Notes: a model not told the origin generated them from the sequence alone. A stretch of 24,366 nucleotides of DNA from an uncultured Candidatus Saccharibacteria bacterium (GCA_964597145.1 CAZQWH010000003.1:57113-81478), one strand, 5' to 3'; counted from the first letter of the stretch, positions 1 to 8,633 are shown. Numbers and translations: made by a program.

Positions 1-24
1 GTTCGAATCTCTCCGGGCGCACCA
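1..24 (+). tRNA. 3' terminal fragment of a tRNA gene (5' part lies outside the window); identity undetermined
   Basis: GTTCGAATC T-loop/T-stem, acceptor 3' strand CGGGCGC, discriminator A and encoded CCA at 22-24. Confidence 0.55.
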
Positions 25-173
25 GAGGTCTGATTATGACTAAAAGCCGTAGGCAGGCCTCTGATTGTATGCGGTGAATTGGTTTGGACACTTACTGAGT
101 AAGAGTTCGCTAAAGAGGAGAGTCGCTATAATTGCGCATGCATTGTTATAGCGAAGAACTCTTTACCTCCAGA

Positions 174-196
174 AGTATCTCTCCGGGCGCACCAAA
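174..196 (+). repeat. Direct repeat of the tRNA 3' end (att-like copy 2)
   Basis: AGTATCTCTCCGGGCGCACCAAA; the 18-mer ATCTCTCCGGGCGCACCA is identical to 7-24. Confidence 0.7.
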
Positions 197-336
197 GGTT
201 TGGGAATCACCGTCAGGTGGTTTGCAAATCTTTGTGTACCCAAGTAGGAATTTGAAACGCGAAGCGTGTTCGCTGACTAGGAAAGCATTATCACGACAAC
301 GATTGTCATAATGCGAACTAGGAGCCTGGCCTCGTC

Positions 337-359
337 AGTATCTCTCCGGGCGCACCAAA
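337..359 (+). repeat. Direct repeat of the tRNA 3' end (att-like copy 3), identical 23-mer to 174-196
   Basis: AGTATCTCTCCGGGCGCACCAAA repeated exactly; ends 2 nt before the ATG of the next CDS. Confidence 0.7.
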
Positions 360-360
360 T

Positions 361-786
361 ATGATTATCAATTCGACTCTAAATCAATACGCCGGCGCAT
401 TGCTGGTAACCCCTGATGGCAAAATTATTTTGCAACAACGCGATAATAAACCAGGCATTATGAACCCAGGCCAAATCACCACCTTTGGCGGAGCAGTCGA
501 AGATGGAGAAACGCCCGAGCAAGCCATAATCCGCGAGCTAAAAGAAGAGCTGGATTTAGAATATAACCAGCCTAAACTCTACAAAATTCTTCACAAAACT
601 CAAGCCACCCATGGCGAAGATCGAGAAATGCATATTTACCTCGTCCAGAATATTGACCCAACCGCTCTGGTCGTTCATGAGGGTCAGGGGTATATCCAAA
701 TTTCATCCAACGACAACTTGAGCCAATTTTACTTGACAGCATTTACCCGTGAATTGTTAGCAGATTATTTTAGACTGGTTGATTAA
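361..786 (+). CDS. NUDIX hydrolase
   Basis: Nudix box GGAVEDGETPEQAIIRELKEELDL fits GX5EX7REUXEEXGU; 141 aa. Confidence 0.85.
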   Translation: MIINSTLNQYAGALLVTPDGKIILQQRDNKPGIMNPGQITTFGGAVEDGETPEQAIIRELKEELDLEYNQPKLYKILHKTQATHGEDREMHIYLVQNIDPTALVVHEGQGYIQISSNDNLSQFYLTAFTRELLADYFRLVD

Positions 787-807
787 AGACCTATAGCATG
801 GTACAAT
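779..807 (+). promoter_or_regulatory. Sigma70-type promoter TTGATT-N17-TACAAT with conserved spacer motif AGACCTATAGCATGG
   Basis: -35 at 779-784, extended -10 TGgTACAAT at 799-807; first member of the recurring promoter family. Confidence 0.55.
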
Positions 808-856
808 CATTCGGTAGATATTCGAGTGGCCACAATCACAACCAAAGGGATTGACG

Positions 857-1357
857 ATGAATCATGCTCGCGTCCCTCTACCGCCGGACTTCCGCGAGAC
901 CAATCGACCACTTGTATTCCTAGCCGGTCCTATCCAAGGAGCGCCAGATTGGCATCGTGAGGCTACAGAACATATCCACCGGCTTAATGCCGATCAGTGG
1001 GTAGCTAGCCCCAAGCGATTCGAGTGGAACGATAGGCTCGACTATAACACGCAAGTAGATTGGGAAACCCGCCACCTCAACCAAGCGGCGTATGGCGGCG
1101 GAGTAATCTTGTTCTGGCTGGCATTAGAGGCTCAACATTTCTGCGAGCGTCCCTACGCCCAAACGTCTCGGTTTGAGCTGGGCGAGTGGAAGGTCAAGCA
1201 TGAGCGAGATGGCATTCATCTGGTTGTCGGCATAGCCGATGGTTTTACCAATCAGCGCTATATTCAACGCCGACTATCCCAGGACTGTCGCAGTGTACCC
1301 ATTTTCAACACGTTGGAGGAAACTTGCGCTCAGGCAGTAAAAATGATTGCGGCGTAA
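857..1357 (+). CDS. Nucleoside 2-deoxyribosyltransferase / DNPH1-like Rossmann-fold protein
   Basis: VFLAGPI N-terminal motif and SRFELGEW (resembles the DsGTAFEIGYA catalytic-Glu region of NDT family); ATG at 857 with RBS AAAGGGA; the ORF track start at 851 is a TTG. Confidence 0.55.
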   Translation: MNHARVPLPPDFRETNRPLVFLAGPIQGAPDWHREATEHIHRLNADQWVASPKRFEWNDRLDYNTQVDWETRHLNQAAYGGGVILFWLALEAQHFCERPYAQTSRFELGEWKVKHERDGIHLVVGIADGFTNQRYIQRRLSQDCRSVPIFNTLEETCAQAVKMIAA

Positions 1358-1651
1358 CGTCCCTCATACCACTGTGGCAACCGCCGCAGTGGCTTTTATT
1401 TTTAACCAAAATATCAGCCGATAACATGATGCAATTCCAACGTATATTTACCACGTAATTCATCATATCGAATGATGGCCTCTTCAGAACAATCTATGTT
1501 CCGAAGCCGAAAGTTTTACCGACCCCATTGTGTATAAAATGTGGAACTAAAGGCACCAACGGCAGACTTACCTAGCAGTAAAAATCGCCTCACGCTTCCT
1601 AATTAGCACCCAAGCAGTTACAATAGTTGTCTGTGTCATTTTTTGCTGCAT

Positions 1652-2302
1652 ATGAAAACCATCATCATCTCAGACACTCATTTATCTAACCGGGTTTACC
1701 GTAAAAAATATTACTACCTTAAATCGGTGATAGAACAGGCGGATAGGGTAATTATCGCGGGAGATTTTTGGGACGGGTTTTTAACCAATTTTGATAAGTT
1801 TTTACAGAGTAAATGGCAGTTGCTGTTTCCGTTGTTATTAGAGCGGCAGACAATGTATCTGTATGGTAACCACGACCGGGCCGAATGGAGTGATGAGCGA
1901 GTTAGTCTTTTCTCAGTTGAACAGGCCATGAATACCACCATAGAATGCAACGGTCAACAGTATTTTATTGCCCATGGCCATACCATTTTTACTTCTTTTG
2001 AAGACAAATACCCCATTGTAAACCGCAGCATTCCGCTGCGGATTGGCTCCAGCTTAGATATTATTCATAAACTAGTCTGGGGCAAACGCTTCTTAAATAA
2101 TGACAGCGATATTAATACGCCTATGGCCAATTGGGTAGCAAAAAACTTACCTGCAAACCAAATCTTAATCTGCGGCCATAGCCATTACCCCGAGATAAAC
2201 AGAGCAAAGCGATTTATCAATACTGGGTTTAACGGCTTAGGATATGGCAACTACGTCATTATCGACGAATCCGGCCCCCGAATCATCAAAGACCGCTACT
2301 GA
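1652..2302 (+). CDS. Calcineurin-like metallophosphoesterase
   Basis: Motifs ISDTH, AGDFWD, GNHD, AHGH, CGHSH in canonical order. Confidence 0.8.
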   Translation: MKTIIISDTHLSNRVYRKKYYYLKSVIEQADRVIIAGDFWDGFLTNFDKFLQSKWQLLFPLLLERQTMYLYGNHDRAEWSDERVSLFSVEQAMNTTIECNGQQYFIAHGHTIFTSFEDKYPIVNRSIPLRIGSSLDIIHKLVWGKRFLNNDSDINTPMANWVAKNLPANQILICGHSHYPEINRAKRFINTGFNGLGYGNYVIIDESGPRIIKDRY

Positions 2303-2491
2303 GCCGCCATTAGACACGAATGCGACTCAACCTCAACGGTTAGCGAAGTGATTGTAACTAAAGCCGGCTTCACTAGCTAATTGGATCTGAGTTTGCTACA
2401 ATCTGCCCATCTAAAAATGGATCGAGGATAGCGAGTTGCTGTAACCTCACCGTTAAAATCTTCCGCTTGGAGACATACCTAGGAGCAAGAG

Positions 2492-3289
2492 ATGGAGATT
2501 TCACCAACCGGGATTGCAATTTGGGCGACAATCATATTGGCCTTTTTTGTTGTGAGTGTTGTTCAAACAATTAAACTAGAGCAGCTAAAACGTGACCATG
2601 AGCATCTCGGTTGTCCACCAGCAACACGGGGCCATGGCCACCAGTCAAAACCTCACGCTGCTACAGCCCAAGAAGCCGAGTCGGTTATACAGCTGGCAGG
2701 GTTCGTATACCAGTTCTGCCAAGTCAAACGGGCTACCTATTTGCCAGATGGAACTACTCCCGAAACCGATGCCGACCACACCATTATGTTACTCATGCAG
2801 GCATTGGTGTTGGCGCCGCGTTATCGGCCCCAGCTCGATTTAGGCTTAGTACTGCAGCTTATCTTAATCCACGACATAGAAGAGACGTACGCCGGCGATA
2901 CGCCCACCCTGCAAATTGATGAGGCCGGCCGGAAGACCAAGGAGCAGCGAGAGGCCAGGGCTCGGCAGCGGATTAAAGCTGAATTCGGCTCCGTCTTTCC
3001 CTATTTAGTAGGGTTGCTCGAATTGTACGCGCGACAGGATACGCCGGAGGCACGGTTTGTCAAAATGTTGGATAAATTAATGCCCAACTTAAGCCATGTT
3101 CTCAATGGGGGTGTTACCCTGCACCAGGCTGGCATTACCCTGGAAGAGTATCAAGTTGGGACTAAAGAGCGTACCCAATTTTATCTCTCCACCAGCTATG
3201 GAGCGGACAATCCCGAGTTGTTGTCGTTACGCGACGCCCTACGGCCCTTCCTAGAAAAGGCCGTCTATGGCACCACTTGCCCTAGCTAA
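2492..3289 (+). CDS. HD-domain phosphohydrolase, YfbR-like 5'-deoxynucleotidase family, with N-terminal TM helix
   Basis: DADHTIMLLMQALVLA ... ILIHDIEETYAGDTPT (H...HD...D metal ligands); RBS AGGAGCA; GC-richer than neighbours. Confidence 0.6.
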   Translation: MEISPTGIAIWATIILAFFVVSVVQTIKLEQLKRDHEHLGCPPATRGHGHQSKPHAATAQEAESVIQLAGFVYQFCQVKRATYLPDGTTPETDADHTIMLLMQALVLAPRYRPQLDLGLVLQLILIHDIEETYAGDTPTLQIDEAGRKTKEQREARARQRIKAEFGSVFPYLVGLLELYARQDTPEARFVKMLDKLMPNLSHVLNGGVTLHQAGITLEEYQVGTKERTQFYLSTSYGADNPELLSLRDALRPFLEKAVYGTTCPS

Positions 3290-3335
3290 ACCAATGGCGA
3301 CCCCAAAATAATCGGGTCGCCATTTACATTTTCAT

Positions 3336-3440
3336 GTCACAGTCATTGCGAGTGTATGCGAAGCAATCTTGCTCAGTTCAAGTAAGCCCCAATGTAATCG
3401 GGGGAGATTACCATGTCATGTTATCTCTCGCAAGGACGAC
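3336..3440. repeat. Structured repeat, copy A (related to 10240-10345)
   Basis: Shares GTCATTGCGAG...GCAATC core and a closing stem CTCGCAAGG with the element at 10240-10345. Confidence 0.4.
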
Positions 3441-3479
3441 AAATCTAACGACCTGCCTCCAGCTTTCTAGTCTCGCCAA

Positions 3480-4382
3480 CTAACTATCAGTGCCCTTATC
3501 CACTTCATTGGCCGTGATCATGGCGTTACGGATTTGCTCAGCCAAGTCGTGCATCCCACCAGGAGAGTGGGGGATAAGGATAGCATTAGATTTACTCGCA
3601 TTCCCAACCTCTTTAATCGTGTCAAAGTATTGGGTCATCATGACTAAATTCATCACATCTTGAGGCGAGGCACCATGTACCGAGCCACTAAAGGCCGAGA
3701 CCGATTCACTTAAGCCCTCTATAATCGCCGTTCGCTGGTCGGCAATTCCCCGGCCTTGCAAAGCCTTGCTTTCAGCTTCGGCCTCGGCAGCCTTAACCAC
3801 TCTAATTTTATCGGCTTCGGCTTGTTCTACCGCCGCCACCCGCAACCGTTGGGCAGCATTAATTTCGTTCATACTTTCCTTAACTTTTGAATCGGGGTCG
3901 ATATCGGTAACTAGAGTTTTAATAATACCGTAGCCAAAGTCGTCCATGACTTGGTCTAACTCGGTTTTAACCGCGCTGGCAATGTCATCTTTCATCTGAA
4001 ATAAATCGTCCAAGATAATGGTTGGTACCCGGGCCCGAACGGTGTCGAAGACAAAGGAGGTTATTTGGGCTTGGGGATTCTGAAGGCGGTAGAAGGCATC
4101 TACAACTTTATTTTCCAGCACATGGTACTGGACACTAACAATGACAAACACGAACACATTGTCTTTAGTTTTGGTTTCAACCCGGACGTCGAGCTGTTGG
4201 ACGCGAAGGCTAAGGCGGCCAGCCACACGGTCGACGAAGGGAATCTTAAAGTTAAGCCCCGCATTAGCCACTTTTGTAAACCGACCAAACCGTTCTACGA
4301 GCGCGGCGGTTTGCTGCTTAACCGTAAATAATCCCAGAAAAATATATAAAATAACGATTGCTAGTCCGACTATATAAATCAC
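3480..4382 (-). CDS. SPFH/band-7 (stomatin/prohibitin-like) membrane protein
   Basis: N-terminal TM, SPFH core, coiled-coil AEAEAESKALQ region; GTG start with RBS AAGGAGG 6 nt upstream. Confidence 0.85.
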   Translation of the reverse strand: MIYIVGLAIVILYIFLGLFTVKQQTAALVERFGRFTKVANAGLNFKIPFVDRVAGRLSLRVQQLDVRVETKTKDNVFVFVIVSVQYHVLENKVVDAFYRLQNPQAQITSFVFDTVRARVPTIILDDLFQMKDDIASAVKTELDQVMDDFGYGIIKTLVTDIDPDSKVKESMNEINAAQRLRVAAVEQAEADKIRVVKAAEAEAESKALQGRGIADQRTAIIEGLSESVSAFSGSVHGASPQDVMNLVMMTQYFDTIKEVGNASKSNAILIPHSPGGMHDLAEQIRNAMITANEVDKGTDS

Positions 4383-4499
4383 GCATGGCCTCCTTGTATA
4401 GATAATTATTGACAGTGTAGCATTTTTAATAAGTCAGAAGTAATACGGAATCGTGGCTTAAGCGTCGGTGGGGAATGTCCGATACAATGCAAAATATAT

Positions 4500-4568
4500 G
4501 TCATCCTGAACTTGATTCAGGATCTAATGTAGTAGTTTAGTTGGATGCCGAAACAAATTCAGGATGAC
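4500..4568. promoter_or_regulatory. Inverted/direct repeat element in a divergent intergenic region (GTCATCCTGAA ... TTCAGGAT ... TTCAGGATGAC)
   Basis: One left arm can pair with either of two right arms (alternative hairpins), no U-tract; candidate operator or attenuator. Confidence 0.3.
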
Positions 4569-4613
4569 CGCCATGTGCTGTACGCTATCCGCTAAACGCG
4601 CTACACTTGTCTA

Positions 4614-5036
4614 ATGTTTCCAATCCGCGATATGACCCGCAATCAGGCAACAGTAACGCTAGCAATTATAGTAGGGGCTATAATTGTTGGCATTGGCTTA
4701 ATTCTCACTCAGCAGACAAATTCTACTTCACCCGGCACTCCTACGCCAACCGTAACTCCAGGGCCAATTACAATCGAAGGGACAATCGTTTGCTTGCCGC
4801 ATAAAAACATCCAAGGCCCACAAACGCTTGAATGCGCTTACGGCTTAAAAGCAGACTCGGGTGAATACTATGGTTTACGCGGCTTAGACCAAGATACATT
4901 AATCGATGGCACGCTGACCGTGCAAACCCGGGTACTAGTTTCGGGCACTGCGGTACCACCAGCAGATAACCAACGCTATGGCATTGTGGGCTCAATTGAC
5001 ATTGTATCTATCGAAGTGTTATCAGCCGCAACCTAA
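4614..5036 (+). CDS. Hypothetical membrane-anchored protein (N-terminal TM, Pro/Thr-rich linker, small beta-rich C-domain)
   Basis: ORF 140 aa, divergent from the SPFH gene; start uncertain (4614 or 4632), no clear SD. Confidence 0.45.
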   Translation: MFPIRDMTRNQATVTLAIIVGAIIVGIGLILTQQTNSTSPGTPTPTVTPGPITIEGTIVCLPHKNIQGPQTLECAYGLKADSGEYYGLRGLDQDTLIDGTLTVQTRVLVSGTAVPPADNQRYGIVGSIDIVSIEVLSAAT

Positions 5037-5154
5037 TCGTTGCCTCATATTCTCCCATCAGCAGAAACAAAGTCTAATCCATTCCTTTACCTTAACCCTA
5101 TAATAATGTATACTTTGGCAGAATTGGTCTGCCAACACACGATAGGAGAAGGAC

Positions 5155-5802
5155 ATGGCCATTGAGCAGTTAGTTCTCACCGACCAACCCGATGGAATTA
5201 GGTGGAGCGTCGCTCTATCTCAGCAGCTGTCGAGTGTCTTGGGCACTCACGGCTTGTCCGACCGAGACGCAGGCCGTATTGCCGGAGTCAGCTATCGGAC
5301 TATTAAACGGATGAGGGAATCCGGCAAACCACACACCGAACGGAATATCTGCCGGGTCTACTTCAAATTGGGATTGGTCGATGTAGCCATTCAGCAAGCA
5401 TTAAATAGCCTTCGTCGGACCAATCCGCTCAAGTACGAGCGATTGCGTCGTGGCGCGACCACAGTCCAATTGGCTAAAGCCTCTGGGGTATCCCTTAGCC
5501 TGTTGTTCGATGGGCAGATGAAGGTGCAGCCAGTCTCGGAGCTAACTTGGGAAAAGCTAGAGCTCGCCTGGGAAAAGTATCCGCCACTTGCCAGCCAAAC
5601 GTCGCTCCATGGCGGCAATATCATTCGATTCACCGCTGTGCGCAACCACCGCAAGCAGGTCAGTCGAATGCAGACAAAGGGGGCACTCAACCGAGCCATC
5701 CAACACCACCATCCAAACGGCACGCTGGATGGAGCCACTCACCGACAGTTGGTGAAAGTGCTAGAAGCAGCCATGGAGGATCTGTTGGATCGGAAAAGAT
5801 AG
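5155..5802 (+). CDS. Putative DNA-binding protein with two helix-turn-helix motifs
   Basis: LSDRDAGRIAGVSYRTIKRM and TTVQLAKASGVSLSLLFDGQ HTH-like segments; RBS AGGAGAAGGA; markedly GC-rich. Confidence 0.55.
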   Translation: MAIEQLVLTDQPDGIRWSVALSQQLSSVLGTHGLSDRDAGRIAGVSYRTIKRMRESGKPHTERNICRVYFKLGLVDVAIQQALNSLRRTNPLKYERLRRGATTVQLAKASGVSLSLLFDGQMKVQPVSELTWEKLELAWEKYPPLASQTSLHGGNIIRFTAVRNHRKQVSRMQTKGALNRAIQHHHPNGTLDGATHRQLVKVLEAAMEDLLDRKR

Positions 5803-5918
5803 GCAGACCCGCCTAGCCACGACATTCAAGCTCGTGGCTAGGCTCTAACATTTTTATTTACCTTGATTGTAAATTTCAGTATAATTACTCCATGTGCTCC
5901 CAATAAGTGAGGTCAATA

Positions 5919-6587
5919 ATGAATCTTTCAAAACTTTCTGGACAGAATTACATCGCCCTCCTGCTAATCTTCTTAGGTGGAGGATTTTTACTACAATCGC
6001 TAGATTATTTTAACTTTGGCTGGATTCTCAGCCAATGGTGGCCAGCCATTATTATTATTTTTGGCGTTATCGAGTTTAGTAAGCCCAGCCAGCGCAAAAT
6101 CGGCCCAGGCTTAGTTATTTTATTTGGAACTATCTTACTCTTTAGTCGGTTTAATTCCATAGACGTCAATTTCTGGGCCATATTCTGGCCGTTAGTCCTA
6201 ATTTTTGTCGGCGGCTCAATGCTATTTAGACAATCAGGCCAAAAATTAGCCTCCGATAAATCGGTCGATACTTTGGCTTTTATGTCTGGTACAGAGAAAC
6301 GTCTTAAAACCGAGAATTTTGCCGGCGGTAGTAGTGTAACGATCTTTGGCGGCACAGTAATCGACTTGCGTCAAACCACCCTATCCCAACATGCCAAGCT
6401 AGATTTATTCACCTTTGCCGGCGGGGTAGAAATTTTTGTACCCGAGAACTGTCGGGTTAATAATCAATTATTGGTATTAATGGGTGGGGTAGACGATAAA
6501 ACACAAGATGTAGCCAGCCCCACTCAAACTCTCACCTTAACCGGAACGATTCTAATGGGTGGAGTGGATATAAAATTCCAACGATAG
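5919..6587 (+). CDS. LiaF/YvqF-like membrane protein (multi-TM N-terminus, C-terminal GG-repeat domain)
   Basis: Repeats IFGGTVIDL, FAGGVEIFV, LMGGVDDK, LMGGVDIKF typical of LiaF C-domain (DUF2154-like); ATG 5919 with RBS AAGTGAGG. Confidence 0.5.
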   Translation: MNLSKLSGQNYIALLLIFLGGGFLLQSLDYFNFGWILSQWWPAIIIIFGVIEFSKPSQRKIGPGLVILFGTILLFSRFNSIDVNFWAIFWPLVLIFVGGSMLFRQSGQKLASDKSVDTLAFMSGTEKRLKTENFAGGSSVTIFGGTVIDLRQTTLSQHAKLDLFTFAGGVEIFVPENCRVNNQLLVLMGGVDDKTQDVASPTQTLTLTGTILMGGVDIKFQR

Positions 6588-6683
6588 TCGACAATAGCCA
6601 GCACAGATCATCCCCAGTTACGTACTTGCTGAGATATGGTAGACTGTGGGCGTCGAATTTGGTTTTAGTGTTTGGAGTTGTTT

Positions 6684-7214
6684 GTGGTCACCAACCATGC
6701 ACCTGTTGATTTTGCGCCCCCAGCCCTCCCGGCCTACTGTCAGCGTTGTGGTCAACCGATCATCCCTGTTAACCAAGATCAAACCAAGTTTAAATGTGTT
6801 AACGGACATTCGACGAATCTCAATCCAACTCCAGTCGTCGTCGGAATCATTCCCGCTATCGGAGGTGGGTACGTACTCATTCGTCGCGACAGTCAACCAG
6901 GCAAAGGCCTATTAGCCTTCCCCGGAGGCTACGCTACCACTGCACGAGACATTACGGCCGAGCTTTCACGAGAAATCGAAGAGGAGATTGGCTTGCCCAC
7001 CAATCCAAAATTATGGATCCCGCTCGATTTCCAAAGTGCTACTGGCAACAACAAAATTCTACTTTTTGCCACCCGCGCAGAACCTGTGTCACCGAGCTTC
7101 CCCTGGAGCTTTAGCGATAGAGAGGTGAGCCAAGTGGTAATTGCCACTTCAGTACCAGATGCTATGGCGTTCCCACTGCATCGGGAAATCCTGCAGCAAC
7201 TTCTGCAGCTTTAA
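6684..7214 (+). CDS. NUDIX hydrolase with N-terminal zinc ribbon (NudC-like architecture)
   Basis: CQRCG-x15-C-x3-H ribbon then a degenerate Nudix box ...RDITAELSREIEEEIGL; no in-frame ATG, so GTG 6684 (RBS GGAG) or TTG 6672 start. Confidence 0.7.
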   Translation: MVTNHAPVDFAPPALPAYCQRCGQPIIPVNQDQTKFKCVNGHSTNLNPTPVVVGIIPAIGGGYVLIRRDSQPGKGLLAFPGGYATTARDITAELSREIEEEIGLPTNPKLWIPLDFQSATGNNKILLFATRAEPVSPSFPWSFSDREVSQVVIATSVPDAMAFPLHREILQQLLQL

Positions 7215-7223
7215 TCTCAAAAA

Positions 7224-7260
7224 ACCGGTGTCGGCTTTAACCCGCACCGGTTATTTTTAG
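7224..7260 (+). terminator. Rho-independent terminator
   Basis: ACCGGTG...CACCGGT stem followed by TATTTTT. Confidence 0.6.
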
Positions 7261-7394
7261 ATCCGTATTAGTACAAATCGTAGCCAGATTAGCCCAAATG
7301 CGATATAATCCTATCCGTTGGAAGAGGTTTACGGTGTCAGGTTATAACTGTCCGCTACTTATCCCTTATACCTTGGACCTTATCCCTACACCAT

Positions 7395-7413
7395 CGTGGA
7401 TGTAGCTCAGCTG
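7395..7413 (+). repeat. Duplicated 5' fragment of tRNA-His (TGGATGTAGCTCAGCTG)
   Basis: 17-19 nt identical to 7517-7533, lying ~100 bp upstream of the intact gene; no tRNA fold follows. Confidence 0.6.
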
Positions 7414-7514
7414 CAACGGCGTAGCCGGAATGCAGACAATAAGCGCCTTGCTCTAATCAGCGGAGAGCAATTGATAGAGTAAAATAAGTCGGTACAACTA
7501 AATAAAATACTTAT

Positions 7515-7592
7515 GGTGGATGTAGCTCAGCTGGTTAGAGCGCCTCTCTGTGGAAGAGGAGGTCGTGGGTTCAAGTCCCATCATCCACCCCA
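7515..7592 (+). tRNA. tRNA-His (anticodon GTG) with encoded G-1 and CCA
   Basis: Cloverleaf: G-1:C73, acceptor GTGGATG/CATCCAC, D-stem GCTC/GAGC, anticodon loop CTGTGGA, T-arm GTGGG-TTCAAGT-CCCAT, CCA 7590-7592. Confidence 0.9.
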
Positions 7593-7767
7593 GTAAACTT
7601 CACTTCGTTTCGCTTACTTGAAGTGGTGTGAAGTTTGCTGAAGATAAGCGAAGCTCAAAGAGCGAAGTTTATCCATTAAACTACGCCAGGGCTACGCTTA
7701 ATTGGGATTAAACTTATAGTTAATCTTAGACATCATCATATTCGCTGCCTCGCTACAATGAGGATTC

Positions 7768-8079
7768 ATGTACTACACCTATATTCTACGCAGTCAGAGC
7801 CAGCCAGGCGCTATTTACATCGGCCATACTACTGATTTGAAATCACGCCTTAAGCAACATAACGCCACTTCAAGTGAAAACTACAGCAGGAGGCATGCCG
7901 CTTTGACTGTCGAGACCTATATAGTTTTCAGCAACCATAATGATGCCAAAGCATTTGAATTCTACCTAAAATCAAATTCAGGCAAAGCGTTTATGCGCAA
8001 AGGGCTTATATCAAATCGGTTCAAAGAAGCCTTGGCAAAGTTTAACAATGGTCGCACTAAATTAAGCGAATCGCCGTAA
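7768..8079 (+). CDS. Small GIY-YIG nuclease-domain protein (UPF0213/YhbQ-like)
   Basis: YTYILRS...GAIYIGHTTDLKSRLKQHN matches GIY-x10-YIG...R...H..N; 103 aa. Confidence 0.75.
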   Translation: MYYTYILRSQSQPGAIYIGHTTDLKSRLKQHNATSSENYSRRHAALTVETYIVFSNHNDAKAFEFYLKSNSGKAFMRKGLISNRFKEALAKFNNGRTKLSESP

Positions 8080-8155
8080 AGTTTAATCATCCACCATTCT
8101 GATGTTTGATGGAATTATCGTAATTAACGCTCATACTTAACGTGATCGACAATTA

Positions 8156-8184
8156 TTGATTTTAGACCTATAGCATGATATAAT
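8156..8184 (+). promoter_or_regulatory. Promoter TTGATT-N17-TATAAT with spacer TTAGACCTATAGCATGA
   Basis: Family member 2; extended -10 TGaTATAAT. Confidence 0.55.
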
Positions 8185-8228
8185 AATTATTGGAGTTTGT
8201 TAGTATCCAACTAGAAAGAGAGAGCAGC

Positions 8229-8534
8229 ATGCGCTACAAGAGGCAAGTTGGAATAGCTGCAGTAATCGCACTAATTTTCGCCAGCCTATATGTCGGCGGA
8301 GTAAGGATCGAGTGGGGTGAGAGCAACGAAGCTTTCGCAGATGATTCCATCCTGATCGACGAGAATTCAACCATAACTGCCTTGAATGGCCATGAGCCTA
8401 TCGATCCAGAATACGGAAACTGGAAGAAGGAGTATCAGCCTCGGGCATACAGCCTTCCAATTGGAGATCAGCTGTGCGTCATAGTCCTTCATCCCGAAAA
8501 TGCCGCTATCAGCTGCCTGCCGCCATCGCAGTAG
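8229..8534 (+). CDS. Hypothetical small protein with N-terminal TM anchor
   Basis: ATG 8229 with RBS GAAAGAGAGAG; the 8190 ATG of the ORF track abuts the -10 box and is probably not transcribed. Confidence 0.45.
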   Translation: MRYKRQVGIAAVIALIFASLYVGGVRIEWGESNEAFADDSILIDENSTITALNGHEPIDPEYGNWKKEYQPRAYSLPIGDQLCVIVLHPENAAISCLPPSQ

Positions 8535-8607
8535 GCATGTTCTAGGCGTGCAATTATATCTTGCAAATGAGGCTCGTTTCGATTAAGTCTCACCTAATAC
8601 ATTCTGT

Positions 8608-8633
8608 AAGGCGCCCAACTAGGCGCCTTTTTC
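8608..8633 (+). terminator. Rho-independent terminator
   Basis: AAGGCGCC-CAACTA-GGCGCCTT then TTTTC. Confidence 0.7.

Noticed and set aside
1714-6915. Short ORFs overlapping annotated genes (1714-1950, 2592-2919, 4065-4377, 4607-4804, 4768-4995, 5215-5816 set, 6005-6355, 6618-6915)
   Set aside because: They are wholly nested in or antisense to genes with recognisable domains, and have no independent expression signals.
8190-8228. Upstream ATG (8190) for the 8229-8534 gene
   Set aside because: It immediately follows the -10 hexamer (8179-8184), so it is likely at or upstream of the transcription start and has no SD. ATG 8229 has a purine-rich RBS.
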